A stretch of DNA of 64,000 bases from the human T2T-CHM13v2.0 reference genome, Homo sapiens (GCF_009914755.1 NC_060928.1), one strand, 5' to 3'. Numbered from the stretch's first letter, positions 24,508-40,200 are shown. Numbers and translations: made by a program. Notes: generated by a model not told the origin, from the letters alone.

Positions 24508-27500
24508 CATTCTCAGAAACTTCTTTGTGTTGTGTGTACTCAAGTAACAGTGTTGAACCTTCCTTTTGACACAGCAGTTTTGAAACACTCTTTTGGTAGA
24601 ATCTGCAAGTGGATATTTGGATAGCTTTGAGGATTTCGTTGGAAACGGGTTATCTTCATATAAAATCCAGACAGGAGCATTCTCAGAAACTTCTTTGTGC
24701 TGCATGTCCTCAATTCACAGAGCTGAACCTTTGTTTGGATACAGCATTTTGGAAACATTCCTTTAGTAGAATCTGCAAGTTGATATTTAGATAGCTTTGA
24801 AGATTTCGTTGGAAACGGGAATATCTTCATAGAAAATCTAGACGGAAGCATTCTCAGAAACTGCTTTGTGATGTTTGCATTCAAGTCACAGAGTTGAATA
24901 TTCCCTTTTATAGAGTAGGTTTGAAACACTCTTTCGGCACTACCTGGAAGTGGATATTTCGAGCTCTTTGAGGCCTATGGTTAAAAGGAAATATCTTCCC
25001 ATAAAAACTAGACAGAAGCCGTCTCAGAAACTTGTTTGTGATGTGTGTATTCAACTACCAGAGTTGAACATTTCTGTTACAGAGCAATTTTAAAACACTC
25101 TTTTTGTGGAATCTGAAAGTGGATAATTGGATAGCTTTGTGGATTTCGTTGGAAACGGGATGACGTATAAAATCTAGAGAGAAGCATTCTCAGGAACTTC
25201 TTTGTGATGTTTGCATTCAAGTCACAGAATTGAACATTCCTTTTCATAGTGCAGGTTTGAAACACTCTTTCTGTAGTATCTGGAAGTGGACATTTCAAGC
25301 GCTTTCAGGCCTACGGGGAGAAAGGAAATATCTTCAAATAAAAACTAGACAGAAGGATTCTCAGAAACTTATTTGTGATGTGTGTCCTAAACGAACACAG
25401 TTGAACCTTTGTTTTGATACAGCATTTTGGAAACACTCCTTTTGTAGGATCTGCAGGTGGATATTTGGATAGATTTTAAGATTTCGTTGGAAACGGGAGT
25501 TTCTTCATAGAAACTCAAGACAGATGCATTCTCAGAAACATCTCTGTGATGTTTGCATTCCACTCATAGAGTTGAAAACTTCCTTTCATAGAGCAGGTTT
25601 GAAACACTCTTTTTGTAATATTTGGAAGTGGACATTTGCAGCGCTTTGAGGCCTATGGTGAAAAAGGAAATATCTTCTCATAAAAACCAGAAACAAGCAT
25701 TCTCAGAAACTTCTTTTTGATGTGTGTACTCAAGTAACAGAGTTGAACCTTCCTTTTGACACAGCAGTTTTGAAACAATCTTTTTGTAGAATCTGCAAGT
25801 GGATATTTGGATAGCTTTGAGGATTTCGTTGGAAACGGGATATCTTCATATAAAATCTAGACAGAAGCATTCTCAGAAACTTCTTTGTGCTGTATGTCCT
25901 CAATTAACAGAGTTGAACCATTGCTTGGATACAGCATTTTGGAAACATTCCTTGAGTAGAATCTGCAAGTTGATATTTAGATAGATTTGAAGATTTCGTT
26001 GGAAAAGGGAATATCTCCATATAAAATCTAGAGGGAAGCATTCTCAGAAACTGCTTTGTGATGTTTCCATTCAAGTCACAGAGTTGAATATTCCCTTTTA
26101 TAGAGCACGTTTGAAACACTCTTTCTGCACTATCTGGAAGTGGACATTTCGAGCGCTTTGAGGCCTATGGTGAAAAAGGAAATATCTTCCCATAAAAACT
26201 AGACAGAAGCATTCTCAGAAACTTGTTTGTGATGTGTGTATTCAACTAACAGAGTTGAACTTTTGTTTTTACAGAGCCGTTTTAAAACACTCTTTTTGTG
26301 GAATCAGAAAGTGGATATTCGGATGGCTCTGAGGATTTCGTTGGAAGCGGGATTACATATAAAATCTAGAGAGAAGCATTCTCAGGAACTTCTTTGTGAT
26401 GTTTGCATTGAAGTCACAGAATTGAACATTCACTTTGATAGAGCAGGTTTGAAACACTCATTCTGTAGTATCTGGAAGTGGACATTTCAAGCGCTTTCAG
26501 GCCTATGGTGAGAAAGGAAATATCTTCGAATAAAAACTAGACAGAAGCATCCTCAGAAACTTATTTGTGATGTGTGTCCTCAACTAACAGAGTTGAAACT
26601 TTGTTTTGATACAGCATTTTGGAAACACTCTTTTTGTAGAATCTGCAGGTGGATATTTGGATAGCTTAGAGGGATTCGTTGGAAAGGGGAAATCTTCATA
26701 TAAAATCTAGACAGAAGCATTCTCAGAAACTTATTTGTGATGTGTGTCCTCAACTAACAGAGTTGAACCTTGGTTTTGATACAGCATTTTGGAAACGCTC
26801 CTTTTGTAGAATCTGCAGGTGGATATGTGGATAGCTCTGAAGATTTCGTTGGAAACGGGAATTTCTTCATATAAAATCAAACAGAAGCATTCTCAGAAAC
26901 TTCTCAGTGATGTTTGCATTCAGCTCATGGAGTTGAACACTTCCTTTCATAGAGCCGGTTTGAAACACTCTTTCTGCACTACCTGGAAGAGGACATTTCG
27001 AGCGCTTTGAGTCCTATGGTGAAAAAGGAAATATCTTCTCATAAAAACCAGAAAGAAGCATTCTCAGAAACTTCTTTGTGTTGTGTGTACTCATGTAACA
27101 GTGTTGAACCATCCTTTTGACAGAGCAGTTTTGAAACACTCTTTTTGTAGAATCTGCAAGTGGATATTTGGATAGCTTTGAGGATTTCGTTGGAAACGGG
27201 ATGACATATAATATCTAGAGAGAAGCATTCTCAGGAACTTCTTTGTGATGTTTGCATTCAAGTCACAGAATTGAACATTCCCTTTCATAGAGCAGGTTTG
27301 AAACACTCTTTCTCTAGTATCTGGAAGTGGGCATTTCAAGCGCTTTCAGGCCTATGGAGAGAAAGGAAATACCTTCAAATAAAAACTAGACAGAAGCATT
27401 CTCAGAAACTTATTTGTGATGTGTGTCCTCAACTAACAGAGTTGAACCTTTGTTTTGATACAGCATTTTGGAAACACTCCTTTTGTAGAATCTGCAGGTG

Positions 27501-27739
27501 GATATTTGGATAACTTTGAAGATTTCGTTGGAAACCGGAATATCTTCATATAAAATCAAGACAGAAGCATTCTCGGAAACATCTCTGTGATGTTTGCATT
27601 CAACTCAGTAGAGTTGAACACTTCCTTTCATAGAGCCGGTTTGAAACACTCTTTCTGCACTACCTGGAAGCGGACATTTCGAGCGCTTTGAGGCCTATGG
27701 TGAAAAAGGAAATATCTTCTCATAAAAACCAGAAAGAAG
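24508..27739 (+). repeat. HOR unit 8, 19-mer
   Basis: 3232 bp; private variant ggggaaatc near 26691. Confidence 0.93.
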
Positions 27740-30700
27740 CATTCTCAGAAACTTCTTTGTGTTGTGTGTACTCAAGTAACAGTGTTGAACCTTCCTTTTG
27801 ACACAGCAGTTTTGAAACACTCTTTTGGTAGAATCTGCAAGTGGATATTTGGATAGGTTTGAGGATTTCGTTGGAAACGGGTTATCTTCATATAAAATCC
27901 AGACAGGAGCATTCTCAGAAACTTCTTTGTGCTGCATGTCCTCAATTCACAGAGCTGAACCTTTGTTTGGATACAGCATTTTGGAAACATTCCTTTAGTA
28001 GAATCTGCAAGTTGATATTTAGATAGCTTTGAAGATTTCGTTGGAAACGGGAATATCTTCATAGAAAATCTAGACGGAAGCATTCTCAGAAACTGCTTTG
28101 TGATGTTTGCATTCAAGTCACAGAGTTGAATATTCCCTTTTATAGAGTAGGTTTGAAACACTCTTTCGGCACTACCTGGAAGTGGATATTTCGAGCTCTT
28201 TGAGGCCTATGGTTAAAAGGAAATATCTTCCCATAAAAACTAGACAGAAGCCGTCTCAGAAACTTGTTTGTGATGTGTGTATTCAACTACCAGAGTTGAA
28301 CATTTCTGTTACAGAGCAATTTTAAAACACTCTTTTTGTGGAATCTGAAAGTGGATAATTGGATAGCTTTGTGGATTTCGTTGGAAACGGGATGACGTAT
28401 AAAATCTAGAGAGAAGCATTCTCAGGAACTTCTTTGTGATGTTTGCATTCAAGTCACAGAATTGAACATTCCTTTTCATAGTGCAGGTTTGAAACACTCT
28501 TTCTGTAGTATCTGGAAGTGGACATTTCAAGCGCTTTCAGGCCTACGGGGAGAAAGGAAATATCTTCAAATAAAAACTAGACAGAAGGATTCTCAGAAAC
28601 TTATTTGTGATGTGTGTCCTAAACGAACACATTTGAACCTTTGTTTTGATACAGCATTTTGGAAACACTCCTTTTGTAGGATCTGCAGGTGGATATTTGG
28701 ATAGATTTTAAGATTTCGTTGGAAACGGGAGTTTCTTCATAGAAACTCAAGACAGATGCATTCTCAGAAACATCTCTGTGATGTTTGCATTCCACTCATA
28801 GAGTTGAAAACTTCCTTTCATAGAGCAGGTTTGAAACACTCTTTTTGTAATATTTGGAAGTGGACATTTGCAGCGCTTTGAGGCCTATGGTGAAAAAGGA
28901 AATATCTTCTCATAAAAACCAGAAACAAGCATTCTCAGAAACTTCTTTTTGATGTGTGTACTCAAGTAACAGAGTTGAACCTTCCTTTTGACACAGCAGT
29001 TTTGAAACAATCTTTTTGTAGAATCTGCAAGTGGATATTTGGATAGCTTTGAGGATTTCGTTGGAAACGGGATATCTTCATATAAAATCTAGACAGAAGC
29101 ATTCTCAGAAACTTCTTTGTGCTGTATGTCCTCAATTAACAGAGTTGAACCATTGCTTGGATACAGCATTTTGGAAACATTCCTTGAGTAGAATCTGCAA
29201 GTTGATATTTAGATAGATTTGAAGATTTCGTTGGAAAAGGGAATATCTCCATATAAAATCTAGAGGGAAGCATTCTCAGAAACTGCTTTGTGATGTTTCC
29301 ATTCAAGTCACAGAGTTGAATATTCCCTTTTATAGAGCACGTTTGAAACACTCTTTCTGCACTATCTGGAAGTGGACATTTCGAGCGCTTTGAGGCCTAT
29401 GGTGAAAAAGGAAATATCTTCCCATAAAAACTAGACAGAAGCATTCTCAGAAACTTGTTTGTGATGTGTGTATTCAACTAACAGAGTTGAACTTTTGTTT
29501 TTACAGAGCCGTTTTAAAACACTCTTTTTGTGGAATCAGAAAGTGGATATTCGGATGGCTCTGAGGATTTCGTTGGAAGCGGGATTACATATAAAATCTA
29601 GAGAGAAGCATTCTCAGGAACTTCTTTATGATGTTTGCATTGAAGTCACAGAATTGAACATTCACTTTGATAGAGCAGGTTTGAAACACTCATTCTGTAG
29701 TATCTGGAAGTGGACATTTCAAGCGCTTTCAGGCCTATGGTGAAAAAGGAAATATCTTCGAATAAAAACTAGACAGAAGCATCCTCAGAAACTTATTTGT
29801 GATGTGTGTCCTCAACTAACAGAGTTGAACCTTGGTTTTGATACAGCATTTTGGAAACACTCCTTTTGTAGAATCTGCAGGTGGATATGTGGATAGCTCT
29901 GAAGATTTCGTTGGAAACGGGAATTTCTTCATATAAAATCAAACAGAAGCATTCTCAGAAACTTCTCAGTGATGTTTGCATTCAGCTCATGGAGTTGAAC
30001 ACTTCCTTTCATAGTGCCGATTTGAAACACTCTTTCTGCACTACCTGGAAGAGGCCATTTCGAGCGCTTTGAGTCCTATGGTGAAAAAGGAAATATCTTC
30101 TCATAAAAACCAGAAAGAAGCATTCTCAGAAACTTCTTTGTGTTGTGTGTACTCATGTAACAGTGTTGAACCATCCTTTTGACAGAGCAGTTTTGAAACA
30201 CTCTTTTTGTAGAATCTGCAAGTGGATATTTGGATAGCTTTGAGGATTTCGTTGGAAACGGGATGACATATAATATCTAGAGAGAAGCATTCTCAGGAAC
30301 TTCTTTGTGCTGTTTGCATTCAAGTCACAGAATTGAACATTCCCTTTCATAGAGCAGATTTGAAACACTCTTTCTCTAGTATCTGGAAGTGGGCATTTCA
30401 AGCGCTTTCAGGCCTATTGAGAGAAAGGAAATACCTTCAAATAAAAACTAGACAGAAGCATTCTCAGAAACTTATTTGTGATGTGTGTCCTCAACTAACA
30501 GAGTTGAACCTTTGTTTTGATACAGCATTTTGGAAACACTCCTTTTGTAGAATCTGCAGGTGGATATTTGGATAGCTTTGAAGATTTCGTTGGAAACCGG
30601 AATATCTTCATATAAAATCAAGACAGAAGCATTCTCGGAAACATCTCTGTGATGTTTGCATTCAACTCAGTAGAGTTGAACACTTCCTTTCATAGAGCCG

Positions 30701-30801
30701 GTTTGAAACACTCTTTCTGCACTACCTGGAAGCGGACATTTCGAGCGCTTTGAGGCCTATGGTGAAAAAGGAAATATCTTCTCATAAAAACCAGAAAGAA
30801 G
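27740..30801 (+). repeat. HOR unit 9, 18-mer variant (M13/14 fusion)
   Basis: 3062 bp; hybrid monomer starts at 29780. Confidence 0.95.
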
Positions 30802-33800
30802 CATTCTCAGAAACTTCTTTGTGTTGTGTGTACTCAAGTAACAGTGTTGAACCTTCCTTTTGACACAGCAGTTTTGAAACACTCTTTTGGTAGAATCTGC
30901 AAGTGGATATTTGGATAGCTTTGAGGATTTCGTTGGAAACGGGTTATCTTCATATAAAATCCAGACAGGAGCATTCTCAGAAACTTCTTTGTGCTGCATG
31001 TCCTCAATTCACAGAGCTGAACCTTTGTTTGGATACAGCATTTTGGAAACATTCCTTTAGTAGAATCTGCAAGTTGATATTTAGATAGCTTTGAAGATTT
31101 CGTTGGAAACGGGAATATCTTCATAGAAAATCTAGACGGAAGCATTCTCAGAAACTGCTTTGTGATGTTTGCATTCAAGTCACAGAGTTGAATATTCCCT
31201 TTTATAGAGTAGGTTTGAAACACTCTTTCGGCACTACCTGGAAGTGGATATTTCGAGCTCTTTGAGGCCTATGGTTAAAAGGAAATATCTTCCCATAAAA
31301 ACTAGACAGAAGCCGTCTCAGAAACTTGTTTGTGATGTGTGTATTCAACTACCAGAGTTGAACATTTCTGTTACAGAGCAATTTTAAAACACTCTTTTTG
31401 TGGAATCTGAAAGTGGATAATTGGATAGCTTTGTGGATTTCGTTGGAAACGGGATGACGTATAAAATCTAGAGAGAAGCATTCTCAGGAACTTCTTTGTG
31501 ATGTTTGCATTCAAGTCACAGAATTGAACATTCCTTTTCATAGTGCAGGTTTGAAACACTCTTTCTGTAGTATCTGGAAGTGGACATTTCAAGCGCTTTC
31601 AGGCCTACGGGGAGAAAGGAAATATCTTCAAATAAAAACTAGACAGAAGGATTCTCAGAAACTTATTTGTGATGTGTGTCCTAAACGAACACAGTTGAAC
31701 CTTTGTTTAGATACAGCATTTTGGAAACACTCCTTTTGTAGGATCTGCAGGTGGATATTTGGATAGATTTTAAGATTTCGTTGGAAACGGGAGTTTCTTC
31801 ATAGAAACTCAAGACAGATGCATTCTCAGAAACATCTCTGTGATGTTTGCATTCCACTCATAGAGTTGAAAACTTCCTTTCATAGAGCAGGTTTGAAACA
31901 CTCTTTTTGTAATATTTGGAAGTGGACATTTGCAGCGCTTTGAGGCCTATGGTGAAAAAGGAAATATCTTCTCATAAAAACCAGAAACAAGCATTCTCAG
32001 AAACTTCTTTTTGATGTGTGTACTCAAGTAACAGAGTTGAACCTTCCTTTTGACACAGCAGTTTTGAAACAATCTTTTTGTAGAATCTGCAAGTGGATAT
32101 TTGGATAGCTTTGAGGATTTCGTTGGAAACGGGATATCTTCATATAAAATCTAGACAGAAGCATTCTCAGAAACTTCTTTGTGCTGTATGTCCTCAATTA
32201 ACAGAGTTGAACCATTGCTTGGATACAGCATTTTGGAAACATTCCTTTAGTAGAATCTGCAAGTTGATATTGAGATAGATTTGAAGATTTCGTTGGAAAA
32301 GGGAATATCTCCATATAAAATCTAGACGGAAGCATTCTCAGAAACTGCTTTGTGATGTTTCCATTCAAGTCACAGAGTTGAATATTCCCTTTTATAGAGC
32401 ACGTTTGAAACACTCTTTCTGCACTATCTGGAAGTGGACATTTCGAGCGCTTTGAGGCCTATGGTGAAAAAGGAAATATCTTCCCATAAAAATTAGACAG
32501 AAGCATTCTCAGAAACTTGTTTGTGATGTGTGTATTCAACTAACAGAGTTGAACTTTTGTTTTTACAGAGCCGTTTTAAAACACTCTTTTTGTGGAATCA
32601 GAAAGTGGATATTCGGATGGCTCTGAGGATTTCGTTGGAAGCGGGATTACATATAAAATCTAGAGAGAAGCATTCTCAGGAACTTCTTTGTGATGTTTGC
32701 ATTGAAGTCACAGAATTGAACATTCACTTTGATAGAGCAGGTTTGAAACACTCATTCTGTAGTATCTGGAAGTGGACATTTCAAGCGCTTTCAGGCCTAT
32801 GGTGAAAAAGGAAATATCTTCGAATAAAAACTAGACAGAAGCATCCTCAGAAACTTATTTGTGATGTGTGTCCTCAACTAACAGAGTTGAACCTTGGTTT
32901 TGATACAGCATTTTGGAAACACTCTTTTTGTAGAATCTGCAGGTGGATATTTGGATAGCTTAGAGGGATTCGTTGGAAAGGGGATATCTTCATATAAAAT
33001 CTAGACAGAAGCATTCTCAGAAACTTATTTGTGATGTGTGTCCTCAACTAACAGAGTTGAACCTTGGTTTTGATACAGCATTTTGGAAACGCTCCTTTTG
33101 TAGAATCTGCAGGTGGATATGTGGATAGCTCTGAAGATTTCGTTGGAAACGGGAATTTCTTCATATAAAATCAAACAGAAGCATTCTCAGAAACTTCTCA
33201 GTGATGTTTGCATTCAGCTCATGGAGTTGAACACTTCCTTTCATAGAGCCGGTTTGAAACACTCTTTCTGCACTACCTGGAAGAGGACATTTCGAGCGCT
33301 TTGAGTCCTATGGTGAAAAAGGAAATATCTTCTCATAAAAACCAGAAAGAAGCATTCTCAGAAACTTCTTTGTGTTGTGTGTACTCATGTAACAGTGTTG
33401 AACCATCCTTTTGACAGAGCAGTTTTGAAACACTCTTTTTGTAGAATCTGCAAGTGGATATTTGGATAGCTTTGAGGATTTCGTTGGAAACGGGATGACA
33501 TATAATATCTAGAGAGAAGCATTCTCAGGAACTTCTTTGTGATGTTTGCATTCAAGTCACAGAATTGAACATTCCCTTTCATAGAGCAGGTTTGAAACAC
33601 TCTTTCTCTAGTATCTGGAAGTGGGCATTTCAAGCGCTTTCAGGCCTATGGAGAGAAAGGAAATACCTTCAAATAAAAACTAGACAGAAGCATTCTCAGA
33701 AACTTATTTGTGATGTGTGTCCTCAACTAACAGAGTTGAACCTTTGTTTTGATACAGCATTTTGGAAACACTCCTTTTGTAGAATCTGCAGGTGGATATT

Positions 33801-34033
33801 TGGATAACTTTGAAGATTTCGTTGGAAACCGGAATATCTTCATATAAAATCAAGACAGAAGCATTCTCGGAAACATCTCTGTGATGTTTGCATTCAACTC
33901 AGTAGAGTTGAACACTTCCTTTCATAGAGCCGGTTTGAAACACTCTTTCTGCACTACCTGGAAGCGGACATTTCGAGCGCTTTGAGGCCTATGGTGAAAA
34001 AGGAAATATCTTCTCATAAAAACCAGAAAGAAG
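30802..34033 (+). repeat. HOR unit 10, 19-mer, haplotype X
   Basis: 3232 bp; same M9/M10/M13/M14 markers as unit 5. Confidence 0.93.
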
Positions 34034-37000
34034 CATTCTCAGAAACTTCTTTGTGTTGTGTGTACTCAGGTAACAGTGTTGAACCTTCCTTTTGACACAG
34101 CAGTTTTGAAACACTCTTTTGGTAGAATCTGCAAGTGGATATTTGGATAGCTTTGAGGATTTCGTTGGAAACGGGTTATCTTCATATAAAATCCAGACAG
34201 GAGCATTCTCAGAAACTTCTTTGTGCTGCATGTCCTCAATTCACAGAGCTGAACCTTTGTTTGGATACAGCATTTTGGAAACATTCCTTTAGTAGAATCT
34301 GCAAGTTGATATTTAGATAGCTTTGAAGATTTCGTTGGAAACGGGAATATCTTCATAGAAAATCTAGACGGAAGCATTCTCAGAAACTGCTTTGTGATGT
34401 TTGCATTCAAGTCACAGAGTTGAATATTCCCTTTTATAGAGTAGGTTTGAAACACTCTTTCGGCACTAGCTGGAAGTGGATATTTCGAGCTCTTTGAGGC
34501 CTATGGTTAAAAGGAAATATCTTCCCATAAAAACTAGACAGAAGCCGTCTCAGAAACTTGTTTGTGATGTGTGTATTCAACTACCAGAGTTGAACATTTC
34601 TGTTACAGAGCAATTTTAAAACACTCTTTTTGTGGAATCTGAAAGTGGATAATTGGATAGCTTTGTGGATTTCGTTGGAAACGGGATGACGTATAAAATC
34701 TAGAGAGAAGCATTCTCAGGAACTTCTTTCTGATGTTTGCATTCAAGTCACAGAATTGAACATTCCTTTTCATAGTGCAGGTTTGAAACACTCTTTCTGT
34801 AGTATCTGGAAGTGGACATTTCAAGCGCTTTCAGGCCTACGGGGAGAAAGGAAATATCTTCAAATAAAAACTAGACAGAAGGATTCTCAGAAACTTATTT
34901 GTGATGTGTGTCCTAAACGAACACAGTTGAACCTTTGTTTTGATACAGCATTTTGGAAACACTCCTTTTGTAGGATCTGCAGGTGGATATTTGGATAGAT
35001 TTTAAGATTTCGTTGGAAACGGGAATTTCTTCATAGAAACTCAAGACAGATGCATTCTCAGAAACATCTCTGTGATGTTTGCATTCCACTCATAGAGTTG
35101 AAAACTTCCTTTCATAGAGCAGGTTTGAAACACTCTTTTTGTAATATTTGGAAGTGGACATTTGCAGCGCTTCGAGGCCTATGGTGAAAAAGGAAATATC
35201 TTCTCATAAAAACCAGAAACAAGCATTCTCAGAAACTTCTTTTTGATGTGTGTACTCAAGTAACAGAGTTGAACCTTCCTTTTGACACAGCAGTTTTGAA
35301 ACAATCTTTTTGTAGAATCTGCAAGTGGATATTTGGATAGCTTTGAGGATTTCGTTGGAAACGGGATATCTTCATATAAAATCTAGACAGAAGCATTCTC
35401 AGAAACTTCTTTGTGCTGTATGTCCTCAATTAACAGAGTTGAACCATTGCTTGGATACAGCATTTTGGAAACATTCCTTGAGTAGAATCTGCAAGTTGAT
35501 ATTTAGATAGATTTGAAGATTTCGTTGGAAAAGGGAATATCTCCATATAAAATCTAGAGGGAAGCATTCTCAGAAACTGCTTTGTGATGTTTCCATTCAA
35601 GTCACAGAGTTGAATATTCCCTTTTATAGAGCACGTTTGAAACACTCTTTCTGCACTATCTGGAAGTGGACATTTCGAGCGCTTTGAGGCCTATGGTGAA
35701 AAAGGAAATATCTTCCCATAAAAACTAGACAGAAGCATTCTCAGAAACTTGTTTGTGATGTGTGTATTCAACTAACAGAGTTGAACTTTTGTTTTTACAG
35801 AGCCGTTTTAAAACACTCTTTTTGTGGAATCAGAAAGTGGATATTCGGATGGCTCTGAGGATTTCGTTGGAAGCGGGATTACATATAAAATCTAGAGAGA
35901 AGCATTCTCAGGAACTTCTTTGTGATGTTTGCATTGAAGTCACAGAATTGAACATTCACTTTGATAGAGCAGGTTTGAAACACTCATTCTGTAGTATCTG
36001 GAAGTGGACATTTCAAGCGCTTTCAGGCCTATGGTGAGAAAGGAAATATCTTCGAATAAAAACTAGACAGAAGCATCCTCAGAAACTTATTTGTGATGTG
36101 TGTCCTCAACTAACAGAGTTGAAACTTTGTTTTGATACAGCATTTTGGAAACACTCTTTTTGTAGAATCTGCAGGTGGATATTTGGATAGCTTAGAGGGA
36201 TTCGTTGGAAAGGGGATATCTTCATATAAAATCTAGACAGAAGCATTCTCAGAAACTTATTTGTGATGTGTGTCCTCAACTAACAGAGTTGAACCTTGGT
36301 TTTGATACAGCATTTTGGAAACACTCCTTTTGTAGAATCTGCAGGTGGATATGTGGATAGCTCTGAAGATTTCGTTGGAAACGGGAATTTCTTCATATAA
36401 AATCAAACAGAAGCATTCTCAGAAACTTCTCAGTGATGTTTGCATTCAGCTCATGGAGTTGAACACTTCCTTTCATAGAGCCGGTTTGAAACACTCTTTC
36501 TGCACTACCTGGAAGAGGACATTTCGAGCGCTTTGAGTCCTATGGTGAAAAAGGAAATATCTTCTCATAAAAACCAGAAAGAAGCATTCTCAGAAACTTC
36601 TTTGTGTTGTGTGTACTCATGTAACAGTGTTGAACCATCCTTTTGACAGAGCAGTTTTGAAACACTCTTTTTGTAGAATCTGCAAGTGGATATTTGGATA
36701 GCTTTGAGGATTTCGTTGGAAACGGGATGACATATAATATCTAGAGAGAAGCATTCTCAGGAACTTCTTTGTGATGTTTGCATTCAAGTCACAGAATTGA
36801 ACATTCCCTTTCATAGAGCAGGTTTGAAACACTCTTTCTCTAGTATCTGGAAGTGGGCATTTCAAGCGCTTTCAGGCCTATGGAGAGAAAGGAAATACCT
36901 TCAAATAAAAACTAGACAGAAGCATTCTCAGAAACTTATTTGTGATGTGTGTCCTCAACTAACAGAGTTGAACCTTTGTTTTGATACAGCATTTTGGAAA

Positions 37001-37265
37001 CACTCCTTTTGTAGAATCTGCAGGTGGATATTTGGATAACTTTGAAGATTTCGTTGGAAACCGGAATATCTTCATATAAAATCAAGACAGAAGCATTCTC
37101 GGAAACATCTCTGTGATGTTTGCATTCAACTCAGTAGAGTTGAACACTTCCTTTCATAGAGCCGGTTTGAAACACTCTTTCTGCACTACCTGGAAGCGGA
37201 CATTTCGAGCGCTTTGAGGCCTATGGTGAAAAAGGAAATATCTTCTCATAAAAACCAGAAAGAAG
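34034..37265 (+). repeat. HOR unit 11, 19-mer, haplotype Y
   Basis: 3232 bp; the five Y markers are present. Confidence 0.93.
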
Positions 37266-40200
37266 CATTCTCAGAAACTTCTTTGTGTTGTGTGTACTCA
37301 AGTAACAGTGTTGAACCTTCCTTTTGACACAGCAGTTTTGAAACACTCTTTTGGTAGAATCTGCAAGTGGATATTTGGATAGCTTTGAGGATTTCGTTGG
37401 AAACGGGTTATCTTCATATAAAATCCAGACAGGAGCATTCTCAGAAACTTCTTTGTGCTGCATGTCCTCAATTCACAGAGCTGAACCTTTGTTTGGATAC
37501 AGCATTTTGGAAACATTCCTTTAGTAGAATCTGCAAGTTGATATTTAGATAGCTTTGAAGATTTCGTTGGAAACGGGAATATCTTCATAGAAAATCTAGA
37601 CGGAAGCATTCTCAGAAACTGCTTTGTGATGTTTGCATTCAAGTCACAGAGTTGAATATTCCCTTTTATAGAGTAGGTTTGAAACACTCTTTCGGCACTA
37701 CCTGGAAGTGGATATTTCGAGCTCTTTGAGGCCTATGGTTAAAAGGAAATATCTTCCCATAAAAACTAGACAGAAGCCGTCTCAGAAACTTGTTTGTGAT
37801 GTGTGTATTCAACTACCAGAGTTGAACATTTCTGTTACAGAGCAATTTTAAAACACTCTTTTTGTGGAATCTGAAAGTGGATAATTGGATAGCTTTGTGG
37901 ATTTCGTTGGAAACGGGATGACGTATAAAATCTAGAGAGAAGCATTCTCAGGAACTTCTTTGTGATGTTTGCATTCAAGTCACAGAATTGAACATTCCTT
38001 TTCATAGTGCAGGTTTGAAACACTCTTTCTGTAGTATCTGGAAGTGGACATTTCAAGCGCTTTCAGGCCTACGGGGAGAAAGGAAATATCTTCAAATAAA
38101 AACTAGACAGAAGGATTCTCAGAAACTTATTTGTGATGTGTGTCCTAAACGAACACAGTTGAACCTTTGTTTAGATACAGCATTTTGGAAACACTCCTTT
38201 TGTAGGATCTGCAGGTGGATATTTGGATAGATTTTAAGATTTCGTTGGAAACGGGAGTTTCTTCATAGAAACTCAAGACAGATGCATTCTCAGAAACATC
38301 TCTGTGATGTTTGCATTCCACTCATAGAGTTGAAAACTTCCTTTCATAGAGCAGGTTTGAAACACTCTTTTTGTAATATTTGGAAGTGGACATTTGCAGC
38401 GCTTTGAGGCCTATGGTGAAAAAGGAAATATCTTCTCATAAATACCAGAAACAAGCATTCTCAGAAACTTCTTTTTGATGTGTGTACTCAAGTAACAGAG
38501 TTGAACCTTCCTTTTGACACAGCAGTTTTGAAACAATCTTTTTGTAGAATCTGCAAGTGGATATTTGGATAGCTTTGAGGATTTCGTTGGAAACGGGATA
38601 TCTTCATATAAAATCTAGACAGAAGCATTCTCAGAAACTTCTTTGTGCTGTATGTCCTCAATTAACAGAGTTGAACCATTGCTTGGATACAGCATTTTGG
38701 AAACATTCCTTTAGTAGAATCTGCAAGTTGATATTTAGATAGATTTGAAGATTTCGTTGGAAAAGGGAATATCTCCATATAAAATCTAGACGGAAGCATT
38801 CTCAGAAACTGCTTTGTGATGTTTCCATTCAAGTCACAGAGTTGAATATTCCCTTTTATAGAGCACGTTTGAAACACTCTTTCTGCACTATCTGGAAGTG
38901 GACATTTCGAGCGCTTTGAGGCCTATGGTGAAAAAGGAAATATCTTCCCATAAAAATTAGACAGAAGCATTCTCAGAAACTTGTTTGTGATGTGTGTATT
39001 CAACTAACAGGGTTGAACTTTTGATTTTACAGAGCCGTTTTAAAACACTCTTTTTGTGGAATCAGAAAGTGGATATTCGGATGGCTCTGAGGATTTCGTT
39101 GGAAGCGGGATTACATATGAAATCTAGAGAGAAGCATTCTCAGGAACTTCTTTGTGATGTTTGCATTGAAGTCACAGAATTGAACATTCACTTTGATAGA
39201 GCAGGTTTGAAACACTCATTCTGTAGTATCTGGAAGTGGACATTTCAAGCGCTTTCAGGCCTATGGTGAAAAAGGAAATATCTTCGAATAAAAACTAGAC
39301 AGAAGCATCCTCAGAAACTTATTTGTGATGTGTGTCCTCAACTAAAAGAGTTGAAACTTTGTTTTGATACAGCATTTTGGAAACACTCTTTTTGTAGAAT
39401 CTGCAGGTGGATATGTGGATAGCTCTGAAGATTTCGTTGGAAACGGGAATTTCTTCATATAAAATCAAACAGAAGCATTCTCAGAAACTTCTCAGTGATG
39501 TTTGCATTCAGCTCATGGAGTTGAACACTTCCTTTCATAGAGCCGGTTTGAAACACTCTTTCTGCACTACCTGGAAGAGGCCATTTCGAGCGCTTTGAGT
39601 CCTATGGTGAAAAAGGAAATATCTTCTCATAAAAACCAGAAAGAAGCATTCTCAGAAACTTCTTTGTGTTGTGTGTACTCATGTAACAGTGTTGAACCAT
39701 CCTTTTGACAGAGCAGTTTTGAAACACTCTTTTTGTAGAATCTGCAAGTGGATATTTGGATAGCTTTGAGGATTTCGTTGGAAACGGGATGACATATAAT
39801 ATCTAGAGAGAAGCATTCTCAGGAACTTCTTTGTGCTGTTTGCATTCAAGTCACAGAATTGAATATTCCCTTTTATAGAGCAGATTTGAAACACTCTTTC
39901 TCTAGTATCTGGAAGTGGGCATTTCAAGCGCTTTCAGGCCTATTGAGAGAAAGGAAATACCTTCAAATAAAAACTAGACAGAAGCATTCTCAGAAACTTG
40001 TTTGTGATGTGTGTATTCAACTAACAGAGTTGAACTTTTGTTTTTACAGAGCCGTTTTAAAACACTCTTTTTGTGGAATCAGAAAGTGGATATTCGGATG
40101 GCTCTGAGGATTTCGTTGGAAGCGGGATTACATATAAAATCTAGAGAGAAGCATTCTCAGGAACTTCTTTGTGATGTTTGCATTGAAGTCACAGAATTGA

